DNA from: Pseudovirgaria hyperparasitica
Lineage: Eukaryota
Strand: one strand, 5' to 3'
DNA length: 64,000 nt
Assembly (NCBI GenBank): GCA_010093815.1
Contig: ML996565.1
Shown here: positions 48,064 to 61,643 of the stretch, piece after piece
Layout of the letters: each line of letters begins with the position of its first letter
How positions within the stretch are numbered: position 1 is the stretch's first letter
Notes under the pieces: generated by a model
Database searches by the model: none
The model's input: the letters and a program-made list of their open reading frames with translations, nothing else
Told to the model about the DNA's origin: nothing
Position numbers and translations under genes: made by a program

Positions 48064-49364
48064 ATGGGTGTAATCACCATCCTGAGCGTAGCTACGCTAG
48101 CTGCGAAGTTAGCTTTTAGTAGTCCCCTGGAGACAAGACACGCGAACTGCAAAGCGGTTTCATTCAAAGTCTCTGGCTCGGCGTATAACCGTGATTTTTC
48201 ACAGCTCAGTCTCGCTGATCCGACGACAATCATTGAAGCGGGCGAAGCAGATATCCTGCCTAAGATCCTGACCAATGGAACGGAGACTATTGGGGGCTAC
48301 TACTGCGAGCCGACTGTCAAGAACGCAAATAATGGAAAACTTCAGGTCTTTGTAGGCTCCATAGGTACAGATCTGTATTTGATTCCGGCATTTCATGTGC
48401 TGACAGGTTCCTACAGGCACAACAAGGGATATGTGGAGTGGCTTGGGGGGAACGAACCTAGGAGTTCCAGCATATCAGCCCGAGAAATACTCCTGGATCG
48501 ACTATGCGAACAAGCAGGGCTATCCCACTCTTGCAACCGACCTTCCAGGCGACGGCACTTCCTCCAGATCAGAACCGATCCTGATTAACCAGGGGCCATA
48601 CACGTAAGTCCTCAACTCAATATCACTTTCCCTATTCACATCCCCTAACAACATCCAGCTACGACCTCATCCACGACCTCGCCGTGCAGCTCCGCGCCGG
48701 CACAACAAGCCAACTTCCCCACCCCTTCACCACGCTCATCTTTGTCGGCAATAGCTACGGCTCGGTGATCGGTAACAACATCGCAGCGCTCTACCCGTCC
48801 GACTTCGACGCCTTCGTCCTCACCGGGTTCTCCAAACGCATCGACCTCTCACTCCCCGGCGCCCTGCTCACCGCCCCTGTGCCAGGTGCGCTCTTCAACC
48901 CAGCTAAATACGCAACCTATGACCCCGCATACGTCGTCACGCCCATCGAAGCCACACGCACAGGCTCATTCTTCGGCGCACCGGACCAGGTCGACTTCGA
49001 CCCCGTGATGGCAAAGAAATGGTACACGACCCAGGACGTCATTGCGCTGGGCCAGTTGTTCAGCATCTATGTGCAAGGCATCACGGCGGCGCCGGGGTAT
49101 AAAGGGCGGGTGTTGGTGCTTACTGGCGAGCAGGATCAGATTTTCTGTGGGTTTGGAAATCCGGCGTTGGGTGTTGCGGCGTGTGGGAGTTTGTTGGAGG
49201 AGACGAAGGAGTTGTTTCCGGCGGCGGAGTATAGTTATCAGAGTGTGCCGCGGAGTGGGCATACGTTGATTCTGCATGATTCAGCGCAGAAGACGCTGGA
49301 TTATGCGCATCGGTTTTTGGCCGGTGCGAGGTTTGGAGTTTATGGGGTGGATATGGTGGTGTAG
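48064..49364 (+). CDS. Secreted alpha/beta-fold hydrolase
   Basis: Signal peptide, YCEP motif, YSWIDYANKQGY.TLA.DLPG.G.S, nucleophile elbow GNSYG, VLTGEQDQIFCG and GH.L.LH; two introns. Confidence 0.88.
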
Positions 49365-49837
49365 GCTCTGGCATGTTGCACTTGCTCAGAATATGGAATA
49401 TGCTCAGATTGCAATTCGCACATAAATCAATGGATTGTGTCTATTGTATCATCGAGCTAAACATATTGACAAGACATCCCTGAGCGTCTTACCTTCTTTT
49501 GACTCTCGCCCCCTGAAACCGTCGTGTTAATTGCGTAATCGTAGAACATAAATTCGACCATACTATCATGGAAACAGAACGTTCTGCGCCATTATATTAC
49601 TAATACTCCTTCGTGATACACCCGCAGGCCGCATCATGAATTTCGACCCACGGCCTTGCTGACATATATCGTCGGCATGATGCCGAACAAGCCTCCACGA
49701 CCACCACAACAAGGAAAATATAAGAGACGCCAGACCCGACATAAGAAACACAGATTACAGAGCTGAATCCCAATTACATCCCCATTTCCAACCAATTTTT
49801 AAATTATATACATTCTATCCCAAGCATCCGTGACACC

Positions 49838-50245
49838 ATGTCAGCACCACACATCGACAGAATCGTCCTCTTCAAAATCCCCCCTCAACACATCGACACC
49901 GTCATCCAAGCATACACCACAATGCGCAACACTGCCCGGAAAGTATGCCTCAAGCCATGATTTTTTGAAAGAGAAAAAATATTGACACATGCACAGTCTG
50001 ATAAACCATATATCATCCGCGCCTTTGCATGCCGTCTGCACACCAACACCCCCAGCCACGGCTTCACAGTCGCTGCACAAACGCGATTCGCGAATGCGGA
50101 GGACGTGATGTATTACAACGAGCAGTGTGAGGCGCACGCGAAGTTGAAGGGCATAGTGGCGCCGCTGATAGATGCGCCGAGCTTGGCGGATGGGATGTTG
50201 GTTGTTGCGGCGGATGGGAATGCGGAGAGTGAAGGTGTTGTGTGA
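49838..50245 (+). CDS. Stress-responsive A/B barrel (Dabb) protein
   Basis: MSAPHIDRIVLFKIP...MRNTARK, intron about 49943-49996, then SDKPYI...SHGFTVAAQTRFANAEDVMYYNEQCEAHAKLK. Confidence 0.85.
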
Positions 50246-50916
50246 GAGGAAACTTGCTGCTTCTTGGTGTTCTGTGGGTTTGTACATTCAATCTGGTCGT
50301 GAGGAGGACTCAAGTCCAGTGTGTTGGTGTTTAGTGGATTCTTAGAGGGGGCTCAGGAGCGGCGCCATGTCAGTGTTACAGAATTGGGAAAGTATATATG
50401 GTGGATGGTACAGGATTCATTCAAGATGACCTGCAAGACTTCTGGAAACTTGGACCGCCATGTATACTTCAGATCAAGAAGATGATTGGGCCACGGAATA
50501 CATCTCACACTTTCTTCAGTATCGTTACGAGATAGATGTATAATGGGACTTTTGTGTAGCAACGAGGGATAATTAGATCTATATATTGAGAAACACTGTA
50601 TTCAAGACCAATGCCACTTCTGTACTATGATGAAACCTTATAGTGTAGATGCTCCTATTGCATTATATCTTGCTTTAATTTCCTATATAGGATCAATACT
50701 ACGATTATCTCAAGGTAGTACATAATCTTTTCTCTACTATACTGTAGTACTTTTCCTAAAACTTATGTCATATAAATGGCGCACGTAGTGCAACCAGTGG
50801 CTACATGCTCATTAACGTCGCTCTACATCTGGAATGCGTATATGTTCATATGAAATATGAGCAAGCAAGTATATAAATCCCATTCAGTTCGCACCCCTCA
50901 CACATCACTCCTGCCC

Positions 50917-52100
50917 TCAATCCCTCTTCCCCGTCCCAGTGCTAACCCCATACCCATACCCTCCATACCCAGCATATCCGTTCTTCGCCGTCCCATTTCC
51001 ATGCTGCGGCAGCCCCCCAGCTCCATACCCATACCCACCCAAACCATTCCCAACCTTATCCTTCGCATAGCGCTGCAACCTCCTCGGCAGCGCAACGCCT
51101 CTGAAATACGCAATACACACCGCCGTCGCCGCGCCCGCACTCAGCAAGCAATACACGAGCGTGCTCAGGAAAATATGGCCGCCCACACCGGCCCAGCCAC
51201 TCGGTAAGACGGGGCTCGGATACCAGCGCACGCTGAAATGTAGTGTCAATGCATCGCCGATGATGACCTTTGTGTGGCGCGTGCCGCTGGAGACGGAGTA
51301 TGCAGATGCTGCGTCGATTGTGCCGGGGGATGTAGATTTTGGCGCGGCGTGGAGGAGGAGGTTGAGGTAGTTTGCGACGTGGACGTGGGAGAGTTGGAGG
51401 GTGCCGGTGAGGGCGACGACGAGAGGAGTGTAGAGCGTTGATTGCGAGCCAAGGGCGCCGACTTGGTTGTTTGTGGAGTCGACGGGGATGGCGATGGATG
51501 ATGAAGAGTCGGGGGTGAGAGGGCGGGTGGGGATGCGGCAGGTCAGGGGAGCGTCATTGTGAATGTAGAATTCGAGGAGGTGGAAGAAGGGGTCGGAGAT
51601 GAAGTCGAGAGTGCAATTGATTTCTATGAGAGCGCAGAGTTAGCGAGAGATGCTTCGAGAAGACACGAAAATTTATGTGGGAGTGTGGTACAGTCGCTGT
51701 CTCACCTTTATCAACGCCAAATGCTAGTTCGAGCGGCCGTCCTGTCTCGCTACAGGTCGGGAAGTCGATGTACTGTAGCTGTCCCAATTCATCCGTGATC
51801 TGTGTCACGACATGAGCAGTGTTTCTATTCGGTTGGCGTCTTGAGGCTTACATGTTCGCCTGTATCTCTGCAGCATTGCGTTAGCGCTTCTCTCAATGTT
51901 GGAGCGCTGCCGCATGCCACTCACATTGTTCTGTTCAGACACGTCACCGGTATCGCTTGACCAATTTTATATGCCGTCTTCTCTTGTTCTTTCAGCGGTT
52001 GTTGCTCGGATGCGGCCGCGGCGAGGTACGCGTGAAAAGATAGTAGGCTCGTGAGCAAAATGGAGAGGGAGGGAAAGGAGGTGATGGCGCGGTGTGCCAT
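50917..52100 (-). CDS. Conserved fungal type I membrane protein of unknown function
   Basis: Signal peptide, IPVTCLNRT, a 16-nt micro-exon 51852-51867, YIDFPTCSETGRPL, FYIHNDAPLTCRIP, GTLQLSH, a C-terminal TM and a Gly/Tyr tail ending GKRD. Confidence 0.85.
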
Positions 52101-52585
52101 GGTGGCGGCTACAGGTGGATGGTGAACCGCACTGGTTCGAGGCGGAGGAGAAAGAGGAGGATCGGCAATAGATATAAGGCCTACGACGCTCTTCGACACA
52201 TATCAGAATATGAATGCCGAGCTGTTGCGTCTCAATTGCTCGACGTGGTGTCTTTTTAGGACGGGAGTTTAATCTGAATCCGGGGTCCAGATATGTCCCA
52301 AGGGTCCAGGCCACCGGATCATACATCAACCAATCGGATTGCGCCAACTGCTCAACGCACGCGTCGGGGACAGGCCAACACGTTTTCTTCTTGAATCCGA
52401 GAAAGATCACATAGCATCGCTTGTCAAAAATACGATATGGAATAAAAATAGCTATGCGGGTATCGACAAATTGAAATATGTACGCTGTGCAGTCCTCTTG
52501 GTGAGCATCCCAAGTATAGTATAGACAAGAAGCCCTAAGTAGTCTCTCCCCCAAGTCCTTTCCAAGACTCTGTTCGACAGTTTCC

Positions 52586-55155
52586 TCAGACAGCAAAATA
52601 GCCAATGGTTTCCGGAAACACTGTGTCTATTAGCAGTGATACACGCCGAGGGATTGATGTGAGAACTTACCATTCTCGTTATCGGAGTATCTAGCGATGC
52701 TCTGACCGTTCCTCACAATCATGCTCTGCGATCCAATTGTGCTAAGAGCATACACACGAATGTTTGTGGAAGGACCCTCAATCAGCACCATCTGCGATTG
52801 ACAATCAGAGTTACCAGGATTATTGCTGCACGTGGTCGAGTAGTTGTTGAAGAAAGAGTAGAAGCCGGCGCCGTAGAAGAAAAGATTCTTGGCGTTGTTG
52901 ATGCGCAGACCAAGAGCATCACAATTACCGCTCTGGCAGTTAGAGTAGTTTGGATCTTGATTATTATTGAATGGGAAAGGCTGGTTACGGACGTCGGGGT
53001 TTGGTTGCCAGTAGGGGGTCTCGGTCTGGAGGAATGTGGAGAATACATCAGCGGTGTTGACGATGTTGTACTGGTACAGAGCGTGGTGCTCTACACCGGA
53101 GCCGTACAGCCACGTATTGCCACCTTCGATCAAGAGGCCACGGCCTGTGTAGATTGTGATCTGGGTGGACTGACCCTCATCGAGATCATGATCCGCGGTC
53201 CAGAGCCAGCTGTTCTCGATGTAAGCACCCTTGGCGGACGATGTGATGTGCATGCTCATATAGGCAGCCATGCAGTTCTTGTTCACACCAGCGTTCTTTG
53301 GGCAGTTTCCGACAGACTGGTTGGACCCAGCGAAGCCACCGATGCGAGTGTGGACATCCCACATACCACTTCCACGGGCGGCATTGAGATTCCACTCAAT
53401 CATCTTTGCACCAGCAGTAGTGCCCTGTGTGCTAAGAATCATATCTGACCACTCAATGGTACCCGATTGACCAGACGTACCGACCTGTACAACAGCTTTG
53501 GGGTTGTTGACGTCGTTGAAGTAGGAGCCTGTCGCCATGATGACGGGGAACGCCTCACCCACAACCCGCGTGTTTGGCGGAAAGGTGATAGTCTTGGTGA
53601 CCTTGTAAGTACCTTGGTCAAAGTACACGATCTTGTTGTTGGAAGCGGCACTGTTGATAGCATTCTGAATAGCTGTGCTGTCATCGGTAGATCCGTCGCC
53701 CTTGGCACCGGCGCTGCGAATGCTGACGAAATCAGAAACTGGATTGCTGGCATAAAATGGCTTTGACTTGAAGTAATAATTGTTACCACTGCCAAGAAGA
53801 CCAGTGGAGCGGGATGCAGGAGTGAAAGACCCTTGGGTATTCTGAGGACCGGTGGGAGTATATTGGTGCCCTTGTTTCCAGCCACCAATCGTCGTACTAC
53901 CACCACCAAGTACATTTCCATTGGGACTCTTCACGCCCACACCGACGTTAGAGAGCGCAACGTTCTCGATGTTCAAGCTGCCGGCGGATGGAGGACTGGA
54001 ACTTGAAGTCCAGGCAGTGTTGACAAACGTTGGGCAGTTGGTGATGGTGCTGTCGATGATATTGACTGACCCAACGTTCTGGTTGGTGGATCCGCCGTTG
54101 GCAATGTCAAAGGCGGTCTGACAATTGGAAATCTTCATTTGCTGGTAGGTGAATCCCCAGCTCCAGATTTGAGAGACACCAGTGATAGCGCCATCGATGG
54201 TCACACCACGAACGGAAAATTGCTGATTACCAACATTCAAGCCGTAAAGACCACCAGTAATAGTGAGGTCATTCATCCAGCCACCGGAACCTTTTATCAC
54301 GTTAGATCCAAACACCTCATGAGGATCGTTCTATAACTCACCATTCTCAATGAAGATGCCCTGCTGTTGCGAGTTTGATGCCTTGGTCATCTTGATTTGA
54401 ATGTTCTGGAGACTAGTGGCTTGAGAGACAGCCCAGTGGATACCGGTAGCAGCCGTAGCAGCCGGAACAGGAGTCAAGTCAATGATAAAGTTGCGGATCT
54501 GGCGGAAGAAAACATTGGTTGACGTCCATCCTTGAGCTCCACCACTTTGATACGGATTGGCATCGATCACTCCCAGACCTTGAAAGTTCGAAGTGGCCTT
54601 GAGCACGGGAAGAGAATTTGGGTTACCAATCATCATAGTGTTGTAGTATTGGATGATGGATTGGGAGACCACATAGGTTCCAGCCGGAAAGTATACAACA
54701 GCAGGGGAGACGGTAGAAGACTGGCAGTTTCCTGGTCCACAACGACCCCCATCGCTGATAGCACGATTAATGGCAGCAGTATCATCAGTCACCCCGTCAC
54801 CTGTTATCTGTTAGCGATTGTATTCATACAATAAGCATATAAACAAACCTTTGGCACCGTAGTCCGCCACCACGTTCCTCCATACCTTGTATCCGCTTGG
54901 GTTTGAGTTGAAGGCGGATCGTCCCTGCTTGGCGATGTCCTTCATCCAGTACCCAACATCCTGAGCATGTATATCCGACTCTATGCGAAAATCTACAGTT
55001 GGAGTGGCCGCAGGCTGAATGGCTGGAGCGGTAGCAGAAGTATAGTTCTCGAAATTTCCAGCCGTCAAGGCCTGCTGCACAAAGGCGCTGACTTGAGGCA
55101 AGTCAACGAGAGCCTGAGCTCCCGCCGCCAAGGCAAGGAAAGGGAGATAACGCAT
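52586..55155 (-). CDS. Exo-beta-1,3-glucanase (glycoside hydrolase family 55)
   Basis: Signal peptide, WRNV..YGAKGDG.TDDTAAIN.AI, TN.FFRQIRN, GIHW.VSQATSL, a second GAKGDG repeat, WDVH.RIGG, WLWTADHDLD, EHH.LYQY and QTETPYWQP; three introns. Confidence 0.96.
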
Positions 55156-57229
55156 AATGAAGAAGATAGCCAGGAAGAATGGAAAATGATACTGCCTGTA
55201 TCCGTCGAGTACAAATCACCAGGACAAGTGTGCGGACTTAATCTCATCATGCCATACGGGGTATATATCCAATCTTATACATAAATGCAAGGACATGCGG
55301 AGATATCACGCCGCAAGCCACTGCCAATCTTCCAGCAGAGAGTTCAGGCACGCGAAGCACGTCCTTTGGGTCGGGAAGGACTGATCGTCGCCGTCCGTGT
55401 CTAGTATGAGCTGGCGTTGACCAGCTGTCCAATGTCCTGGTGAGCGAACATCTTAGCCGCAATGAGTGGCCATTGGATGGGTCGCAGATGAATCGCTCGT
55501 CCGTGTGAATCGGCTGGGCAAACTAGCTCAGGGTGCCATCACCCACATCGCAGTGTGGCTTTGTTACTACTACTTGGCTTCTTGGTGCCCTGTATCTCCT
55601 TGGGTCAGAAGAGGTCATAAGGGCATTCATTCAGACTTTTTCTCGGAGCAGACTTCGAAGCGACATAGAAGCCAACAGGATAGGCTGGGAGCAGCGAGTC
55701 GGCGCGTATAAGCAACAGACGCCATTCCTGTGCAGGGTGGTACTACAGGGAGCCTTGCAAGTAGTTCGCCGTGTTGTATGCGCATGAGGTTGCATATTCT
55801 TACCACATGGCTGTCTTGAAGTCTTCCCCAGATTTTCCTTTGAAAAGATTCAAGAGGTGGTGGGGCTGGTGCAGGTGGTGGCTTTCAGGGGTTGACTGGC
55901 CACCCGCCTCGCCCAGTGCGGCAGGTGCGCTGCCCTAAATCGCCCAGCTGTTGTTGTCTTGTGATCCATCACCGTACTATTCACGCCTCTCATTCATCAT
56001 TCTATTATTCACGAACCCATCTCATCAGCATGCGCTCCTTGCCTTGAGCTCCCTTGATTTGACTAATATGTTTGCACGGCAGCCATCGTGCTGTATCATC
56101 CTCCCGACCGTTTCCCCCGCTCGCCGCCGTCTCCAGAGGCGTTGTCCGGTGTATACTATAATAGTGCATCATGCGCTCGTCAAATCGTCTCAATACCAGG
56201 GTCCGGAATGTAACTACGCACAGTCTTGTAGGCTGAACTGTATGGCAAAAGATACTTCTCCATTGCGCCAAGCTGTTCTTTTCCATCCGCCCTATACACA
56301 GAGTACAAGTCATCATCTCAGCGCAACGCCAGCTGGCATCAGATCTCTCCACAGCATGTGTAAAGACATTCAAGTGCAACGCGTAACGCCACATTGCGAA
56401 CCTGGCCGAGGCAGTTGTTCTTTGTGTTATGGGCAGATGCGGAGAGGCATCTCGAAGTAGTACAGAGCCTCTATACTTTGCTGCTGATATGTGCCAGCTG
56501 CCATCACCTGCCTGGTCGAGAAAACACCCCGAAAGTGATTTTACCTGGTCCTGGTTCCAGGTAGCATCACACAGCGACAATCTGTAAGTGCATAGGATAA
56601 TTAATAGGGCTGAACGGCTAGGTCTCACTCGCTGCCACGTAAGGACTCAAGCTATGGTTGGATATGCACTAGTACTTCACGGTGGTGTCGATATAATGAT
56701 AGCCAATCACATTGAGTTGCCACAGCCTGAATGTTGGAATATCACAATTACTGCCGAACACGGACCAGAATGGATATGCTTTTTGCTGCTTCATCAAAGT
56801 TTGGAGGCTTGTAGGTAGTTACCTTTGTTCTCATTCGTGGAACAGATCTTCATTCCATGGAGTGTTGATCGATTCGGTTAAGATGATCGACATCGCGCCC
56901 TGAAGATCCCCTGTTCCTTTCGTCTAGGCTACGCCGTGATGTTGTGCCTCCTTACGGACGACGTTAAGCTCTTAGTATCATGCCTTCATTTGCTGTCTGT
57001 TGGACTAAAATGTTGTAGACTAGATTCCTGATAGACGGGAACATACGATTTTGTAACATACTAGCTTTCTCCCTTTTAATTTACATGTCGAGCTGATAAT
57101 ACGAGGGACAGTGTGCGAGCTTCCGTTATACCGAAAAAAGCAACCATACGTAATTAACCAGCACTTTCGATGCGACTAATGTGGAGACGTACAAAGATGA
57201 ACATAGGGCGACCAAAGTCTAGCCACCTC

Positions 57230-58674
57230 TTATATCTTTTCTCCTTCCAGGATAGGTTTCGCCTCTTCCGACTTCCACCAGCTAACACCAGCCTGACCGG
57301 GATATTCATACTGGAGCATGCTTTCGTGCTTCATCTCCACGCTATATCCCGCCTCTGTCGGCGTCACCATGTATCCGTCTTTGACCTGAGCAGGATGCAG
57401 AAAATGCTCGTGCAAATGATCGACGTATTCGAGCAGACTCAGCTTCCCACTAACAACAACATAGTCAATTGTACTGAGATGTTGTGTATATTCTGGAAGA
57501 CCAACGCCTCCCGAGTGCGGTATGACTGGCACCCCGAACTTGGCAGCCATGAGTAACACAGCGAGAACCTCGTTCACTCCTCCAAGCCGGCAAGCGTCGA
57601 TCTGGCAAACTGATATAGCCTTGGCTTGTAGCAACTGCTTGAAGATGACTCTATTCTGGCACATCTCACCAGTCGCTACACCGATGCCGTATGGCTCAAG
57701 AGCTTGTCGAATTGCCGCATGCCCGAGGATATCATCTGGCGAAGTTGGCTCCTCAATGAACCAAGGCTTGTATGCGGAAAGCTCTTTCATGTAAGCAATT
57801 GCATCTGGAACAGACCACACTTGATTGGCATCGACCATGAGAACGTTTCCTTTGTCGTAGCCGAGGATTTCACGCGCGATACCCAGCCGTAGCGTGTCCT
57901 CTGCTAACGATGTGCCAACCTTGAGTTTAAAGTGTTTGTAGCCTTCGGCCAAGGTCTCCTTCAGCAACGCGCGCATCTTGTCTTCCCCGTATCCCAACCA
58001 TCCAGCGCTAGTTGTATAGGCCGGAACAGCTTTATTGGCCTCAGCGTCTTTGATACGTTGTGCCTTGCCAGACTCTCTCGACTTCAAAATGTCCAGAGCT
58101 TCTTCCGGTGTGAGTGCGTCTGTAATGTAACGAAAGTCAATGCAGCTGACGACCTCCTCAGGGCTCATGTCTGCCACGATCCGCCATACTGGTTTGTTGA
58201 GCTGCTTCGCCCAGAGATCCCATATTGCGTTCACGACGGCACCGAGAGCAAGATGAATCACACCCTTTTCCGGTCCAATCCAACGCAACTGGCTGTCAGC
58301 TACAAGATATCGCCACGTCTTGCCCCAATTTTCCGTCAGTGATTCCAAGGATTTACCAACGATCCTGTTGGCTAAGAGCGGTATGGCAGCGCAGACAATC
58401 TCGTTGCCTCTACCAATTGTAAATGTCTGCAACTATTAGCCTACGACATACAAGGTGACTATTCGACACATACCATGCCGTGACCGGTGAGATCGGAGTC
58501 TGTAGAGAGAATGCAATATGCCGATGAATAATCACCAGCTGCATTCATAGCATCCGAGCCAGTCTTGTCAAGGGACGTCTTGCTTACAATCAGCATGAGA
58601 GTTCAGGTAGATCACAAGTCTGAGCCCACCGGGAATCTGACGTCCTTGGTCTCAACCCCAGTAATGGTAACCAT
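57230..58674 (-). CDS. lgd1: L-galactonate dehydratase (enolase superfamily; fungal D-galacturonate pathway)
   Basis: Spliced N-terminus MVTITGVETKDVRFP/TSLDKTGSDAMNAAGDYSSAYC/TFTIGRGN; SQLRWIGPEKG, FKLKVG, MVDANQ, IEEPTSPDD, ATGEM, PHSGGVGL and the C-terminus PILEGEKI as in Trichoderma LGD1 / Aspergillus GaaB. Confidence 0.92.
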
Positions 58675-58832
58675 CGTGAAAGGCTAGCTACGTCTTGATA
58701 CTGGTCTCGGAGGTCTTGTGTTGAAAACCGTGGATGACTAGACCACTTTGTAATTGGGACGAAGACCCGTTTCGTGCTATTTGTATGCGTGGTTTCCAGT
58801 CGTGAGGTCAACCCTACGGCGGGGCTGATAGG

Positions 58833-58849
58833 CGGAGAAATCTCCTCCG
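58833..58849. promoter_or_regulatory. CGG-N11-CCG inverted repeat (Zn2Cys6 transcription-factor-type site)
   Basis: cggag-aaatctc-ctccg, about 160 bp upstream of the lgd1 ATG in the divergent intergenic region. Confidence 0.45.
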
Positions 58850-59467
58850 AGCTTGAGCGGGACTACCGACATCATGGCATAAAACGCCTTGAAAGCTTGA
58901 TTGAAGTTGGCTCAAATCGTGGTATCGGGAGCATCGCCCTTGAAACTCAAGCATTGTTGCAAGCGACGAAAATAACAATATGGAGATGTTCCGGAGAGAC
59001 GACGAGGAGATGGCTCGTATTCACTGTCAGAAGAGAAACAGATTCTGCAAGCCTCAGGCAGCAATGAAACTGAAGGATATTTTACCGTTTCTGGCCCAAG
59101 TGCAACACACCTATTTGGACGTGGATAAGATTGCTTCGGCTTATGCTTAACAACACATTAATGATATGTCCACAGCCAGAACCTAGCGATCTCCTATTGA
59201 GAACGTAGTCTGTTGAGGTCGAGTAGAAAGAATTGCCATATCTGGCAGTCCCGGGCTTTCGGCTTCCCGGAAATGGATGCGGGGAAAGCACCGTGTGTAT
59301 CGCTCGAAGATGAAGGCTTTCGCAAAATGATCTCAAGACAATTGACTCTTTATCCGAGCCTTCGGATCGTTTACAGATTTGATCGCTACCGGTGTATCGG
59401 TTTAAGGAATCAACCACCATTGTCAACGGTAGTACGACTTCAACAAAATTAATTAATAGCGCGCGTC

Positions 59468-61089
59468 ATGTCAATTGTTGTCTCTCAAACGCTACCCTGG
59501 GACAAATCCACTCTGCAGCTTGATCGAGCAGAGAGATGGAGAACACTTGGTCCCCTCATTAGACCATCGATATCAGTCGTAAACGTCGGCAAGAGCAGCG
59601 TGGCATTAATCGACACCACTCACGCGAAGGTCTCGTCGATACATGTCGGAGCGATTGTTGAAGCTAGTATCTTTACAGACTCTACGTTCACAGAGAATGA
59701 CTTATTCGTTTGTGTGGTCAAAGAGGCTGGCGATGAGATTCGATTGGAGGAGCTATGTACGGTGATTGAGAACGCAGTTACCTCTCTGGACAGCCAGTGT
59801 TCGATAGTGCTGCAGATAGGAGAGAAGAGATCAGCAGTCCGAACAATAGGCGGTGTATTCTTGGTGACTGTGGAGAAGGAGATCGAGTTTAAACACCTTC
59901 TAGCACTACTCAAGTCCTCAAAGAACAGTGAAGAGTGAGCCGCATGTCGCTCTCCGTGCATACGTGCTCACTTTCATCTAGGCTTGCTGTCGACGAACTG
60001 GTCTCTAGCTTCCTCAAGACCGCAACGACGATAGAGGAGAGAGTGCACCCTGATAAAGTTGCAGGTTTTCCATCCATCGTCCACGCCTCGGGGAAAGCTC
60101 AGTTCGAGAATGCAACGAAGGTGTTTGAGATTGGCGCTCTCCAGCTTCTAAAAGCCACGAAATCAATCTCTGGACAAAACACCGTCAGCATTCATATTGC
60201 TGACATCAATGGTTTGTCGCAACTTGAAAGACATATAATTGCCCACGAATTAGCCAAGATCTCGAGTGAGTTTCTCCATTCACACACTCGAAGAATGCTA
60301 ACACAGAAAGACTCACTCGACATTCCATACCATATCACTTTATCTACTATCAACTTCAATGATCACTCTCCACGTGGATGGACTATATCTGTCTGTCCAG
60401 TTCCGCGAGCTATCCTTACGCCACTCACCCAGCCGTCGAATCCTCTTCTAGAAGATTCCCAATCCATACATACTTCTCCGGTAACAGCGAATTCTGCAAA
60501 TATCGTCTTCGAAGATGCCCTAGTCCGTCAAATCCTGACTCAGGGATGTTCGGCACTCATTGCAGCAGAGCCCGTTGTGACTGAATACGACACCATCGTC
60601 GGTGACGGTGACTGTGGTCTCACTCTGAAATCTGGTGCTGAGAAGGTCCTCTCTTTCATCGAGGGCAAAGATCTATCAAATCTACCCCAGGTCCTCGGAG
60701 CGCTCGTTGACGATCTGGAGGCAACTATGGGTGGCACCTCAGGAGCTCTATATTGCATATTCCTCTCTTCGCTGGCGCAGAACCTGCGAACGGCCAGGAC
60801 CGTTCCAGACGCTCTCGACCAAGCCCTCAGCCACTTGTTGGACTTTACGAGGGCGAGAAAAGGTGATCGGACGTGTTTGGATACATTGATACCTTTTGTC
60901 GAGATCCTGAAGACCACAGAAGATGTGGAGAGAGCCTTGCAAGCCGCACGAAAAGGCAACGAGGAAACGAAAAACATGCAAGCACGGCTGGGAAGAAGTG
61001 CGTATCTGGACGATAGCGCAACGAGAGGTGTGCCTGATCCTGGTGCATATGGCCTGCTGGTTTTGTTGGAGGGGTTGGCGAGTAGATAG
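59468..61089 (+). CDS. Dihydroxyacetone-kinase-family protein: intact DhaL/Dak2 domain, strongly degenerate DhaK/Dak1 domain
   Basis: C-terminal EYDTIVGDGDCG, MGGTSGALY, GDRTCLDTL, ARLGRSAYL and PDPGAYG. The N-terminal part keeps only remnants (INGLSQLE, RGWTISV); two introns. Confidence 0.85.
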
Positions 61090-61643
61090 TATTCAATGCA
61101 TGTACAGACTCGTGCTTGAAAACGTCAATTATTGGCTTTTTCACTCCGGCCTCCCTTTCTGTATGTCAGATGCACGTTCGGAGACATGGTAGTCTTGACG
61201 CGCGTACACCTCGGGCACACAAAAGACTCAGCGCAGTGCCAAATCTTTGCAATGTACGATCGAACGGATGGAAAAATGTTTAGTGAGATGGGGACAAGGT
61301 CATCTGCAAAAATGTGAGATTGCCAGGTTGCATGGGAGTGAAAGCGACGAGAGTCTGGCTAGAGACAACTTGTTGTTTACCGGCGTTTTGTGTACTAGTG
61401 GTCCGCCGGAGCTCAGGGATCCACTCTTATCCTGATAATACCTACGCCCCACACTTGCGGCTACCTCATTCAAGGGAGCCCTAAGCACTACGTACGTTGT
61501 ACACATTGAAGAACACTCGTCTCCATTCCAAGCTTCTCTACGTCCATTCCCAATTATGCCGTCCTATCCTTGAGCTTCACCAAAGCAAACCACTGATCTA
61601 TGATTCCTCTAACTTCGATCTGCTGCAGAGGGCTGGTCCGGCC

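Noticed and set aside
51967..52605. 212-aa minus-strand ORF between the GH55 and membrane-protein genes
   Set aside because: TTG start, overlaps both neighbours out of frame, and reads as GH55 3' UTR plus promoter.
56005..56628. 207-aa minus-strand ORF upstream of GH55
   Set aside because: GTG start, no recognisable motif, and composition typical of non-coding DNA.
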